Shown here piece by piece: positions 39,460 through 52,790 of a DNA stretch of 64,000 nucleotides. Numbering within the stretch: the stretch's first letter is position 1; each line of letters opens with the position of its first letter. The DNA lies in the NCBI RefSeq assembly GCF_006345805.1, contig NC_042999.1, positions 43,400,001 to 43,464,000 on the forward strand, in the 5' to 3' direction. This DNA comes from Octopus sinensis (Eukaryota). A program made the position numbers and the translations under genes. The notes below the pieces were generated by a model that was given only the letters and a program-made list of their open reading frames with translations, was not told the origin of the DNA and made no database searches.

Positions 39460-39551
39460 TTTTTAGTAAATATGTTATGACAAGAGTCTGGGAGATGTGG
39501 AAATTTGTTTCTACATCTCGCAGTCCCTTGTCATAGCATATTTACTAAAAA
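39460..39551. repeat. Near-perfect 92-nt hairpin
   Basis: About 44-bp arms with 5 non-Watson-Crick positions and a 4-nt loop. Confidence 0.9.
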
Positions 39552-40499
39552 TGTTGTTGCCAATTTTGTTGTACTTGATAAGACACATCAAGCTAAGTAA
39601 AATTGCTGTCTTCCACACATACAGGCTTGTCCTTTCTGGTGTTAGTACCACTTAAAAAGCACCAATACTAGTGGCACATAAAAAGAACCCTGCACACTCT
39701 TAAGTAGTAGGCATTGGGAAAGGCATCCAACTGTAGAAACCATGCCACAACAGACAGTTGGAGTTTGGACAGCTTCCTGCTAGCCAGCTCCATGTCAAGC
39801 CATCCAACCCATGCCAGCACGGAAAGTGGACATTAAATGATGATGATGATGATGTTATCCCCAATTTTGCCCATGGTGCTTTGTATGAAACTTTTCACAT
39901 AGTACATAAATACAGCAAGTGGTGGTGGTAAAACAGAAACATTTTTGAGGATGCATTTCATTAAAATTAAAATCCATCAACATCAACCACATCTTCATTG
40001 CATATAAGAAAATAAAATAAAAACTGAACTTGCTCCTTCTAGTTTAGCATTAATATGATTCCATTTTGACAGATATTTCCTGTCTTGTATTAAACCAGAC
40101 CAGTCTCATCAGATTAACCCATTATGCATAAGTCAGATAATAAAACAAATTATAAAACTCTCAACAATAAAACTGTCAAATCGAAAATTTATTAAAGCAG
40201 CAGCATAACACATTATTAAGCCAGTATGGGATGGGAAGGTTACAAATATCAGCTAGTTCAACCACAAAGACCAGTGAAATATATGTAGTTATCAAACTGA
40301 GTTATGATAACCAGAATGGTATTTATACTTCTAAAGGCTCTGTTATTGAACTGCAGCCATGCTGGGATACAGCCTGTTTCAAGGAGTTTGAATTGATTGT
40401 ATCACCTAAAGTTCTAATTTTACTAATCTCTCTTGATTAAATGGTGAAGTTCACCAACTTTTTGAATCACACTAATTTATGAATGTAACTTACAAGATA

Positions 40500-40740
40500 T
40501 TTCTGTTTGGTGAAATCCTTTACACAATTTTTTTCTCTCCTTCTTTCTGTGTTTCTTCTCTGTGTATCTTTCTGTTGAAGAGCGTAGGCTCAAAACGTTA
40601 AAGACTTGTTTTATTTATATTTCCTGAGCGCCATACTAATACAATTGTTTGTTTGTATTCCACCTGCCTTCGTCTTTTGTTTATTTCCGTAAACCTGCCT
40701 TCGTCTTTTGTCTATTTTCATAAAGCTTCCCGTTATACAC
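40500..40740 (+). mobile_element. Penelope-like terminal repeat relic with a degenerate minimal hammerhead
   Basis: TCTTT-CTGTTGA-A-GAGC GTAG GCTC-AAAACGTT-AAAGA at 40567-40604. Confidence 0.5.
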
Positions 40741-40979
40741 AAATACCTACATATGTGTGAGTATATACACACACACACACACACAAAAGTATATATACAC
40801 ATATACATATATAAATAGCAGACAATGGATAGGTGTCAATTCATTATAGCTATTTCCAATTATCTTTTTTAATTGATTAATGGGTACACAATATCATTAT
40901 AAAAAAACCATTTTCTTCAGATGAATACATGAGCCACATTATTAGGAACATTTAATCCAAGATGAGAAAGGGCCAACCG

Positions 40980-41757
40980 TTATCCCAAGCCATCAAAGAC
41001 AAATGGAAAGACAGTGCTACAAAGCTTTTGAACAAAGTCAAGCATCCCTCCAACTGAAAAAACTTTAGTTTTTCTCAGATGAGAAAAATTTCTGCCAGGA
41101 TCAGGTGGCAACCACACAGTACAACCATCAGCTTGCCATGTCCCCAAAACATGTACCAAGAATGATAAAAATCAAGCATCCAGTCAACATCATGGTGTTT
41201 GGAGTGATCACTAGTGATGGCAACATTATATCCTCCATTCATCTTCCCACACAGTATCACACTCAACACAGAGACTTACATCAAGTGCCTGGAAGAAGTA
41301 GTGCTACTCTGGGTCATGAAGGTGGCTTCTGGAAGACTCTGTGTCTGGCAACAAGACTCTGCACCATTCCCCACAAGCAGAACCCAGTCATGGCTGTCAA
41401 ACAATTTCTACACCACATACCTAACATCAGGTCACCTAACTCCCCAGACTGCAACCCCTTTATGTGTGGGGCACAGTTGAGAGAGAGAGACCAACAAAAC
41501 TCCTTTAACACCAAAGATGAACTGAAGGTAAGGATTATGACAGCATTCACCAACTTAAACAAAGGGACCATCCAGAAGAGCTGCAGAAGATTCTGAAGTT
41601 GTCTGGAGGCCATGGTTGAAGCCAATGGCAATTTTATTGAATAAATTTACTCTTTAGTATTTCAAGATATGTTTATGATATTTTGGTAAATATATCTGTT
41701 AAAGTGAAATGTCAGTATTATTTTCATTTTTGCATAATTTATTCACTGCACCCGGTA
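40980..41757 (+). mobile_element. IS630-Tc1-mariner transposon relic (frameshifted DDD transposase plus right TIR)
   Basis: FSDEK (about 41071), KHPVNIMVFGVITSDG, WQQDSAP and PNSPDCNP motifs across frames; right end TTATTCACTGCACCCGG|TA. Confidence 0.85.
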
Positions 41758-42872
41758 TATACAGACATACATATACACACACATACCAGGTAGATGAGTA
41801 TCAAAAGGGTTTCAGCCCAAAACCTCAGATGTTACCTACCACTCCTCACAACTAAATTTATTGATAGCAACAATATGTTGTCAAGCAAACGGGAACATGT
41901 GTGTGTGTGTGTGTGTATACACATCCTGCATAAAATTGTGCTTGAGTATTCAAACACTTCGAATGTATTTAAACTGTAGAATCATTTATCTCAAGAATAC
42001 AGGAATAAGATAGAACCTAAAAAGAAATTTTCATTAATTTATCAGAGATAAACAGCCAAGATACAGTTCTGCCAAACTTGATTTTTGAAGAAAATCGTCT
42101 TAAGAGCTAATTACTTTAGAGCAGACATATAAACTAATTACATTCTTGCAACGGTATTGACAGCCTCCGTTATATTTTACAGCAGTGACAATATCAATGA
42201 TAGTGTTGGTGGATCTAGGGACTGGTGTTAGTAATAGTGCTACAACAACAGTATATATAATAGTGATAATAGCAGTAGTGGTGGTAATTGTACTGGTAAC
42301 TGTGATGGTCGTAGTGGTGATATAAAGAAAGCTGAGGCAGTGGAAACAGTAGCAATAGTAATGATAGTGGTAGTGGAAATTGTAGTTATTGTCGGTAGGT
42401 AGAGGTAGCAAAGTACAGTTAGTGAAAGGTATGTATTGTTGCTAAAACAAATACAAAAAACGAAATTGGAATCAACTGATAAATATGTACTTGATTAAGA
42501 TGAATAATTTATTCTAAAAAGAAATAAAATAGTCTAAAATTTAAATTTGAAACCAATACTTAAAAATAGTTGAATTGAGGGGACAATAATAATAATAATC
42601 CTTTCTACAATAAGCACAAGGTCTGAAATTTAGGGGCTAGTCGATTACACTGACCCCCAGTACTCAACTGGTAATTATTTTATTGACCCGGAAAGGATGG
42701 TAAGCAAAGTCAGTTTTGGTGGAATTTGAACACAGAACATGAAGGTGGATGAAATACCACTGAGCATTTCACCCGGCACACTAACGATTCTGCAAGCTCA
42801 CCACTGTACTAATAATAGCTCAGAAAAAGTTTGGTACAAATGTAAAGATAGAACTCCTACAAAAATCATCAT

Positions 42873-43031
42873 TGCGCAGGAGTGACTGTGTGGTAAGTAG
42901 CTTGTTTACCAACTACATGGTTCCGGGTTCAGTCCCACGGCGTGGCACCTTGGGCAAGTGTCTTCTACTATAGCCTCAGGCCGACCAAAGCCTTGTGAGT
43001 GGATTTGGTCGACAGAAACTGAAAGAAGCCC

Positions 43032-43082
<51 letters not shown>

Positions 43083-43299
43083 TGTATGTTTGTATGTCTG
43101 TGTTTGTCCCATCCAACATCGCTTGACAACCGATGCTGGTGTTTTTATGCCCCCATCACTTAGCGGTTCGGCAAAAGAGACCGGTAGAATAAGTACTAGG
43201 CTTACAAAGAATAAGTCCCGGGGTCGAGTTGCTCGATTAAAGGCGGTGCTCCAGCATGGCCGCAGTCAAATGACTGAAACAAGTAAAAGAGAAAGAGAA
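42873..43299 (+). mobile_element. SINE family A, full length
   Basis: GCGCAGGAGTG head through the GTAAAAGAG tail. Confidence 0.9.
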
Positions 43300-43449
43300 T
43301 TGCTTGGAACTGCAAGAGTTCTCTGCAGGATTCTTGAAGCATGATCAGTAAACAAGAGTCACCTTAGTCTGTTGGTTGTGGACAGCTGACACCTTCCATC
43401 ATACCAAGCAAAATAAGCTGAGAGTTTTCATCAAATAATAATAATAAGA

Positions 43450-43620
43450 GGCGCAGGAGTGGCTGTGTGGTAAGTAGCTTGCTAACCAACCACATGGTTC
43501 CGGGTTCAGTCCCACTGCGTGGCATCTTGGGCAAGTGTCTTCTGCTATAGCCCCGGGCTGACCAATGTCTTGTGAGTGGATTTGGTAGACAGAAACTGAA
43601 AGAAGCCTGTCGTATATATG

Positions 43621-43653
<33 letters not shown>

Positions 43654-43863
43654 ATGTGTGTGTGTTTGTCCCCCTAGCATTGCTTGACAACCAATGCTGG
43701 TGTGTTTACGTCCCCGTCACTTAGCGGTTCGGCAAAACAGACCGATAGAATAAGTACTGGGCTTACAAAGCATAAGTCCCAGGGTTGATTTGATCGACTA
43801 AAGGCGGTGCTCCAGCATGGCCACAGTCAAATGACTGAAACAAGTAAAAGAGATAAAAGAGAA
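43450..43863 (+). mobile_element. SINE family A, full length
   Basis: GGCGCAGGAGTGGCTGTGTGGTAAG head through the tail. Confidence 0.9.
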
Positions 43864-44659
43864 CCTTTCTTTATTGGCCACAAGAGTCAAACACAAAATA
43901 AAATAGGGACAATACATGTAGGACAAGTGGGATTGTTGTGGTGAGAGCCACGACCCTCCCTGTGAGAATAGACTTGACCAAACAAATATGAAAAGTAGCA
44001 GTCTGAGTGAGGGAGAGAGTAGGCATTAATTGCAGGAAGTTGTAAGATGTTGTTTTGGTAGTTTGTCAAAACATGGTTTGTTGAGAATTTGTTGGATTGT
44101 TACGTTGTTGCTACCCTGCTTAGTTATATATTTCATTGTTATGAATGAAGGTCATTCATTTCTAATATTCTGTGACAATATGTCTGGCCATGGGGCAATA
44201 TTTCCTTATTTGGAAACAAGTAATGGTTAGTGACAAGATGGGCATCAGGCTGTAGAAAATATGCCTTACTAAACCCTGACCTGTGCAAGTATGAAAAAGT
44301 GGATATTAAACAATGATAGTCATACTGCTTCTCTGTGTGTGTGTGTGTGTGTGTGTGTACACATGGTCATAGTAAAGAATCATCACTGTTGTTAAGTTTG
44401 TATGTGTCTGCAGGCAACATTGATTGCATAATTCTGAGTTATGACTTGCATTGTAGTTTGTTGCTATTATGCAAAAGTGTCGTAAATCCAAAATGTTGCT
44501 TTTTCAGAAAATGAAAAAATAGTTATAGTATAAATGGTTATTAAAAAATGGTTATAGTGTAAACAAGTATTATCATTAATAGTGACGATACTACAGGGAT
44601 AAAGCACAATATTCATGTACAAAATAAATAACAAAACAATTAACAAAATTTAAACAACA

Positions 44660-44935
44660 AAATTCCCCGAAGTGGGGGTGAGATTCCTCTCAGGGCCAAC
44701 CAAGAACCCACACATCCTGGCACCCCAAGCACCAAGGTTAACTCAGGCTGGTACCACACTCCTTCTCAACTCTGACCTACAAGTGCATGTTTAGAGTCGG
44801 CCCATTCACACACGCCAACCTCACCACATTCACCTACCTTTCAAGAAAAATACTAGAAGGTAGTACTTCCCTCTCCACCTTCACTTTCTTTTTCAGGTGA
44901 ACTTAAAAAAGTCAAAAAGGGCTTGGCTGAAGAGG
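44660..44935 (-). mobile_element. Probable LINE (L1/Tx1-like) 3' fragment
   Basis: GC-richer block; decayed frame HLKKKVKVEREVLPSSIFLER*VNVVRL; clade assignment tentative. Confidence 0.35.
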
Positions 44936-46252
44936 AATAATAATAATAATAATCCTTTCTACCATAAGCACAAGACCTTAAATTTTGGAGGTGGAAGTTA
45001 GTCAATTAAATCAACCTCAGTACTCAACTGGTACATATTTTACTGACCCCAAAAGGATAAAAAGCAGAGCCAATTGCAGTAGAATTTGAACTCAGAACAT
45101 AAAGACGGATGAAATGCCACTAAGCACTTTGCCCAGCGTCGTAATGATTCTGCTAGCTTGGCACCTTAATAATTATAATAATAATAAACTTTAAAATTAT
45201 ACATTGAATAGTGCTAGATGCACTTTACTTGAAAGGAAGAAAAATGTGATGGCCAACGTTTGAACATATAGCTGATATAGCAAAACAATAATAAAAAAAA
45301 AAACTATATAAGTTATTGAGTATACTGATTAACATATTTCTGTGTGCATACCTACAAGTATGTTTATCAATGCACATTTATCTGCATTGCAATTAAGAGA
45401 GTATGGTGAAAGTATGGAAGAGAGAAAAGGGAAGAGGTCCACTAGCAAATATATACATAGGAATATATGTGCTTATATGCTACATAATACTAGGAAGAGG
45501 GTAAAATTGGATGAGAAACAGATTATAGCCTCAATATCTGCATATGCACAGAATTTAACCATTACCCTCCGCACATCATCAATCCTTCAAGCTGATTATA
45601 ATATACTCCCTAAGGAAGGAGCTTCAGGGAGGAAGCTTGTGTGTATATTTATATAAATTTAGCATAGACTGTTAGATATGCCTATTATTACATAATCCTT
45701 TCAGATTGAGAAAACCACAGCAAATTTAGATTATTAAGGACTATTCATTATTGCAACCCTCTACTTCCTTCACAACCATTGGGGGACATTATGAGAAGGG
45801 GGAGAGGGAAGGCAGTGTGTGGGTGTAAAATCTGTAGCCTGCCTTATAATTAGTATTCATTAGAGCATTCTTTGCCTTAAATCATCTCCATGACCATAAG
45901 ATGTCTGTCTTCATGCTGGCAATCTGGAGAGCAACACCAGGCTCTAATTGCCTGTTTTGGCATGGTTTCTACAGCTGGATGGCCTTCCTAATGCCAAGCA
46001 TTTTACAGAATGTACTGGGTGCTTTTAACAAGGCACCATGGCACCAGTACCAGTGCTATTATGTGGCACCAACACAGGCACTTTTTGCATAGAACTGGCA
46101 AGAGTGCTTGTTACATGCCACCAACATGGGTGCTTTTTACATGGAACCAGTACAAAAGAAAAAAAGAAAAATGATAACAGCTGCAATACTTTTCATAATA
46201 GAGTGACCTGGGGGTTGATTTTTCAGTATTCAGATTACTTTGTCAAATTTTA

Positions 46253-46686
46253 CTTAGTTAGTTAATTTTTTGGCTCAAAAAGCAAAAAAAAAAAGGCCAT
46301 GTAGGGGGACATGGAGTTATGTACAGGGTGGTGTTCATGAAAAGAGTTCAGGCCACTTGTGGTCAAGGGAGACTCTGAACCGAGCGGTCGTCGGCATCTT
46401 CACCATCTCGTCCGGCAGCTTATTCCACGGATCCGCAACCCGGACGGAGAAAGCCCACTCTCCTTCGATTGAGATGAAATCGTCGCAGATAGAGCTTTTC
46501 GGAATGACCCCGCAGCCGACGCTCTGGAGCTGGAGTGAAGAACAGCTCTTTCGAGAGGTTACACTTTCCGCTTAAGATGTTGTGAGCAAGAATGAGATCA
46601 CCACGGCGGCGGTGTTTTTCTAAAGAATAAAGGTCGAGCGTCTTCAGCCTTTCTTCATAAGACAAATTCTTGAGACCAAGAACCAT
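46253..46686 (-). mobile_element. CR1-clade LINE 3' fragment
   Basis: LKNLSYEERLKTLDLYSLEKHRRRGDLI...RLRGHSEKL, then after a frameshift SVRVADPWNKLP...FRVSLD; short 3' UTR and (TAAC)n tail. Confidence 0.9.
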
Positions 46687-48362
46687 GCAATGTAATGCTT
46701 ATTCACATTGAAACATGTATTGTCTTGTAACTGAGATTTGTACATAAAACAGGGAGAATATTTGGGCCAGATATGGGCAGTTTGACCCTTTAGCATTCAG
46801 ATTATTTTATCAAATGTATTGTTATTCATTCACATTGTTTTGAATTCATCATGCATTATCTCATAGCTTTGAAATTTTGATGATGTGATTGTATATTTTT
46901 AGAACGACATTGTAGGATAGGTGTGCGAGTTCAGATCTGCCTGGTTTGAACATAAAACAGGTAGAATATTTGGGTTGGATATGGCCAGCATAAATGCTAA
47001 GCAATTCTTGAAAATAAATGCATGAACATCACATCATCCTATTTCCCATCAACAAATCTGCACTCCCAACTGTATAGTCCCACATTAATTTTTTTTTTTT
47101 AATTCTTTGACCCTGTATTACAGCAGTGACCATGCTCTTTTCTGACAGACTGTTCTGGAAATTAAATGTTTCAAAATGCTTACTAGTTTTAAAAAAAAAA
47201 AGTAATTTGAAGGAGGTTTTGGTTGTTACTTCTAGCAGGGCAAGCAACTACAGAGAGGATCCCTCTCTGTTGCCACTACAATTACATTGTATGTTTTAAA
47301 ATCATTCTTTATGAGAACAATTATTTCAGTGCAGCTTTCTCCATAGCTACCAATTCCCAACTGTAATTCTTCAGAACTAATTAGGCAGTTGAAATACACA
47401 TAAACATCATAAACACAAATTTCACTATCATAATAATAAAAATAATAATAAAATTAGCATCTGACTTTTGAATTGCTTACCAAGACACTCAAAAGAGAGA
47501 CCTCTAAATTATAATCTGAACACACATATGAATTCAATACTGTAATATTAGTTCAAAGATAACATGTTTGTGACTACTTCATATGGGGGGGGGGGGTGCA
47601 AACAGGAGAAATAAAACTTAAAACATGAGTATATATGCGATTTTTATCAATAACTGGCACAAGTCTGGGCAAAGTTGTTTATGGAAGACCAGCATTCACC
47701 CAAGCATACCAGCCTCCCCTCTCCATGCCACCAGTGTTATCCAAGGGAAAGGCAAAGGGGCCGATACAGCTTGGCACCAGTGACGTCAAAACTCATTTCT
47801 ACATCTGAGTGAACTGAAGAAACATGAAATAAAGTGTCTTGCTCAAGAACACAACATGCAGCCTCGTCCGGGATTCGATCTCACAACCTCATGATCGTAA
47901 GCTCGACGCTCTAACCACTAAGCCATGCACCTTCACAAGAGATGAAACAAAGTACATAAAATTAAATATTCTACTGCAGCAAAAATATTTAGCCACTAAT
48001 ACAGAGTTGGCAGTCCTATACTTTATTCAGTAGGCTTATTCTCTCTCTCTCTTTCTTACTCACTCTTATTCTCTCTCACACACACACTATTAGTATTGGC
48101 AAAACTCCATTATCATCCCAGAAACATACAAAAAAGACATTTTTAAAAATGTAAAATTCTATTCATCATTTCAAACACTGAGATATCATCTTTAAAAAAA
48201 TGCATTAAATTATTTCTACAAACCAGCAGATAAACAAACAACACACAACTCTGAAATATTTTCTACATACACATAGTAATATTTTTGTGTTAGTAAAATC
48301 CTTATTCAGTGTCTTGTTAAATGAAGCCCAAGAACCATGCAAATGGTTACAGCTTGTATTAC

Positions 48363-49728
48363 TTTAACCCATTAGCATTCAGGTAAACTCTGTCAAATAT
48401 GATGCTTATTTATTCCCCAATTTTTGAATTAATCATGTATTATCTATCTCATAACATTGAGATATTGAGCTGGCAGAAACGTTAGCGCGCCGGGCGAAAT
48501 GCTTAGCAGTATTTCATCTGCCGTTACGTTCTGAGTTCAAATTCCGCTGAAGTCGACTTTGCCTTTCACCCTTTCGGGGTCGATAAATAAAGTACCAGTT
48601 TCGCACTGGGTTGATGTAATCGGATTAATCCCTTTGTCTGTCCTTGTTTGTCCCCTCTATGTTTAGCCCCTTGTGGGCAATAAAGAAATAGATATTGATG
48701 ATGTAATTTATTTTTTGAATGACATTGTAAGGTAGATTTGAGAAGATAGATCTGGTCAGTTTCAACATAAAGAAGGTAGAATATTTAGGCCAGATATAAC
48801 CAGTTTAAATGCTAAAGGGTCAAAGTTTCAACAGACTGAAAGGATGATTATTAACCCTTTCGTTACCAACCCGGCTGAAACCAGCTCTGGCTCTCAGGTA
48901 CAAATGTCTTGTTTTCATAAGTTTTAAATTAAAATCTTCCACCAAACCTTAGTCACAATTTATGTTCCTAACACTAGCTTAATGACAACAATGTTATTTT
49001 ACTAAATTCTTTGTTATATTTAAAGTAATTCAAAGAAACAGAGCATCTCAAAATATAGTAACGAAATGGTTAAACAGCCTATGTAAGGTAATATATCTTT
49101 TTATTTGACTTTCATAGTTTGGCTTAGTCTCCACCCACATTGTTCTCAGGTTTTACAGACTTTTCATTATTTGCATACTGCACTGCATTGAGCAAATTAC
49201 AATACTCTTAGCCCTCTAGCTTTTAAACTAGCCCCACCCAGCCAAAATATTCTATTTGTTTTATTCCGAAGCTAGCCAGATCAAACCTGTCACACATACG
49301 CTACAATGTCATTCTAAAAAATCAACAATCACACCATCGACATCTTGAAGCTACAAGATAATTCGTGATTAATTCAAAACAATGTGAATAAATAAGTATT
49401 ATGTTAAAATGTTAAATCTTTTGAAATTTTACTTTTACAACTCAAAAATCATCTTCAGTATTGACAGCTATACAAATATGTGCTTTAAAAAGAAGTAAAG
49501 CTTAATCTTTTAGTGTTTAAACCGGCCATACCAGGCCAAAATTGTCTTCCTGTTATATGCTCAAACCAGCCAGCTCTGACCTCTCACACCTACCCTACAA
49601 AGTCATTCTAAAAATAAACAGGGACATCATCAAAATCTCAGAGTTACAAGATGCTGTACAATTAATTTAAAACAATGTGATTAAACAGGCTTTACATTTG
49701 ACAGAGTAATCTGAATGCTAAAGGGTGA
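48363..49728. mobile_element. MITE cluster: D with a SINE B insert (48467-48690), E (48851-49073), D (49207-49400), D (49503-49728)
   Basis: Family termini recognisable; the SINE B is flanked by an AGATATTGA duplication. Confidence 0.75.
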
Positions 49729-52417
49729 AAGAAAACCTAAGTATCAATGAGGAAAAGTAATTATGACAAAAATGAAACTAATTGCTTCAATGGGAAAGAG
49801 TTTCACTTCTCATTTGCAATAGCATCATAATCCCTGGTAAAAAAACAAAATTATTTTTATAATCCAAGCCCCTGTCACAAAGTTTGAAAAAAGCTACAAG
49901 CTCATGAAGAAATTTGTAGGAATGGTATTAGTCAATTAAATTGAACCAAATGCATGGGTGGGTGTGTACATATGCACACACATTTGTTTACATGCCTATC
50001 TATACACTGACACTGCCTGAAAAACGGTGCTGTGTGCTCATGTACTATATAACTTAGCAGATCAACAAAGAGATCAATATAATTAGAAGTAAACCCAATA
50101 AATATTGGGGTTTAAATGTGTCCTAAAATAGCTAAAATCTAATGTGTGTGTGTGCATGCATGTACATGTGTGTCCTTGTCTTGAGATCACACACTGGTTG
50201 TAAACAAACATCACTCTCATACAAGTGGTGTCTTTCATTTGCAATCTTTCATGAAGTCATATTCAACCAATGACTGTTCAAGAATTAGGGAAATATTACT
50301 TTAACCAGAAACTGGTAAAGAGTTAACAACAGGAAGGGTAATAAGCCACAGGAAAATCTGTCTCAACAAATTTATTCTGACCCATTCAAGCATAGAAAAG
50401 AGCATGTTAAAACAATGATGATGATGATAGTTAAACCACATTCTCACTGTGACAGAAAAATTAGATTGGCTTGACTAGTTTCAATGTTTCTTCAAACTTC
50501 ATCAGAGAGTAGTTACTAATTTCCTGACCACTGGGAGAGTAGTGTAGTTTTTAGCTGTTTATTGTTGCTATTACCAGCAGAATATCAAGCTGTTAGGTAA
50601 AATATATTATTCTATTTGCTTCAGTTAACTTTGAAGAAATATTTCCACACATGAATGGCTAGCATTTTAGACACAAATACCGCCTCCAACCAAAACATAC
50701 TACAATCATTCAAATTATTACAACACCTATATTATACTTCACATTGCACATATTACCAAAATATCTTGTCGATTTGGTTTCATGCCAAATGTGGCCAGGG
50801 AAACCTGTCTGACCCATCCAAGCATGGTAAAAAACAAATATTTGAAATAATAATTACGCTCCTGCAAAAGATAAGCTCACCAATGTTTCGGAAAACCAAA
50901 CAGATAATAACAAGTTTAACTGTCATCAGAGGGTAGAGTGTTATTGATATTTATATCTGATAATCCCTAGATGCAGTTTTGTAACTTTCTTATAAGATTA
51001 AATTAATAACAAAGGTATAGGTATGGCTATGCGGTTAAGTTTGCTGCTCAACCATGTGGTTTTGGGCAGAAGCATTACCCAGCATCTTTGGCAAATGTCT
51101 TCTACTATCTCTCCAGATCAATGGTTTGTGAGTGACTTTGGCAGATAGAAAGTCTACAAAGCCTTTCATTTATACATACATATGATATAGATAGATATAC
51201 CCATATGATATAAATGGATGTATGCACATGCACCTGTGTATCTGTCCAAATGTTTACATCCTGTGCACTTCGCAAAGTGCTGAACAAGTAGGGAAGCTTA
51301 ACAGATCATCCACTAGCTCTGAACTTTTGAAGATGTTCAAAATAAGAGATCTCTTACTTGAAAAACAGGTGAGAGTTAGCAACAGAAAGAGCATTTGACT
51401 GTATGTAAAACAATTGCTACAATAACCAGTATTCATCTAATCCATACTAGCATAAAAAAAAAACACATAAAAAAATGAAGTGTGGAATGAGTTGTAGAAT
51501 TGTTTTCAGCAAGCAAGAATAATCAAATTATCTAAGCACTTTCTAAATCATTAATTTTGGTATGAAGTTGGTTTTTTATTTGTTTTCCACCCTCAAGGGT
51601 TATCCAACAGGTTTAAGGCAATGAGTTCAAATCAAATGATAATACAAAGATTGTGTTGTGACCACATCACCATCAAACAGTTAACATTGCTTCACCGAAG
51701 TTTAATAAAACTAAAATATGCCCAGAATTGACACCATACTCAAAGATCAGATTTACTCTCCACTGATGCCACCATTAAATTTTTTTATTAATTTAAATTT
51801 TAGAGTTCTCTCCCTTGACCATCATGGCAAAAGTTTTCTTTAACAATGACTTTGTTCTTCATTACAAAGAGAATTATCAGTTGATTAAATATTTTTTTTG
51901 ACTCACTACATTCAGCATGTTAGCCCACACTTGACTATATGTTCTCCATGCAGGAGGAACCCATGGGGCAATTTCTAATGTCTTAATAAAGACATCTATT
52001 CCAACATTTGAACTTACAGCATTAAGCCAGAAAAAATGCTGCTAAGCATTTGCTCCAGCATGCTAACGATTCTGCTAGCTTGCTGTCTTAATAATAATAA
52101 TCCTTTCTACTTTAGGCACAAGGCCTGAAACTTCGGGGCATAGGGTATTGACCCCTAAAGGATGACAAATAAAGTCAACCTCAGTAGAATTCGAACTCAG
52201 AATGTAAAATGGACAAAATGCCACTAAGCTTACTACCCAGCCTGCCACCTTCAAAATAATAATAATATTAACAACAACATGGCCACAAGCATGGCTTGGT
52301 AGACACAGATTATACCCATGTTAGGAAGTTTGGTTCACAGCCACTTTGGGGAAGAGTTTTTTTCATTCCAGGCCATCCAAGCCCAATGAGTCATTTTGAT
52401 AGATAGAAATGGTATTA

Positions 52418-52564
52418 AGGAGTGGCTGTGTGGTAAGTAGCTTGCTTACCAACTACATGATTCCGGGTTCAGTCCCACTGCGTGGCACTTTGGGATATAG
52501 CCTCGGGCCGACCAAAGCCTTGTGAGTGGATTTGGTAGACGGAAACTGAAAGAAGCTCATCGTA

Positions 52565-52595
<31 letters not shown>

Positions 52596-52790
52596 GTGTG
52601 TGTCTGTGTTTGTCCCCCAACATCACTTGACAACCGATGCTGGTGTGTTTACGTCCCCGTAACTTAGCGGTTCGGCAAAAGAGACCAATAGAATAAATAC
52701 TAGGCTTACAAGGAATAAGTCCTGGGGTCGATTCATTCAGCTAAAAGGCAGTGCTCCAGCATGGCCGAAACAAGTAAAAGAGAGTAAGAG
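52418..52790 (+). mobile_element. SINE family A with small internal deletions
   Basis: Head, core and tail match. Confidence 0.85.
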
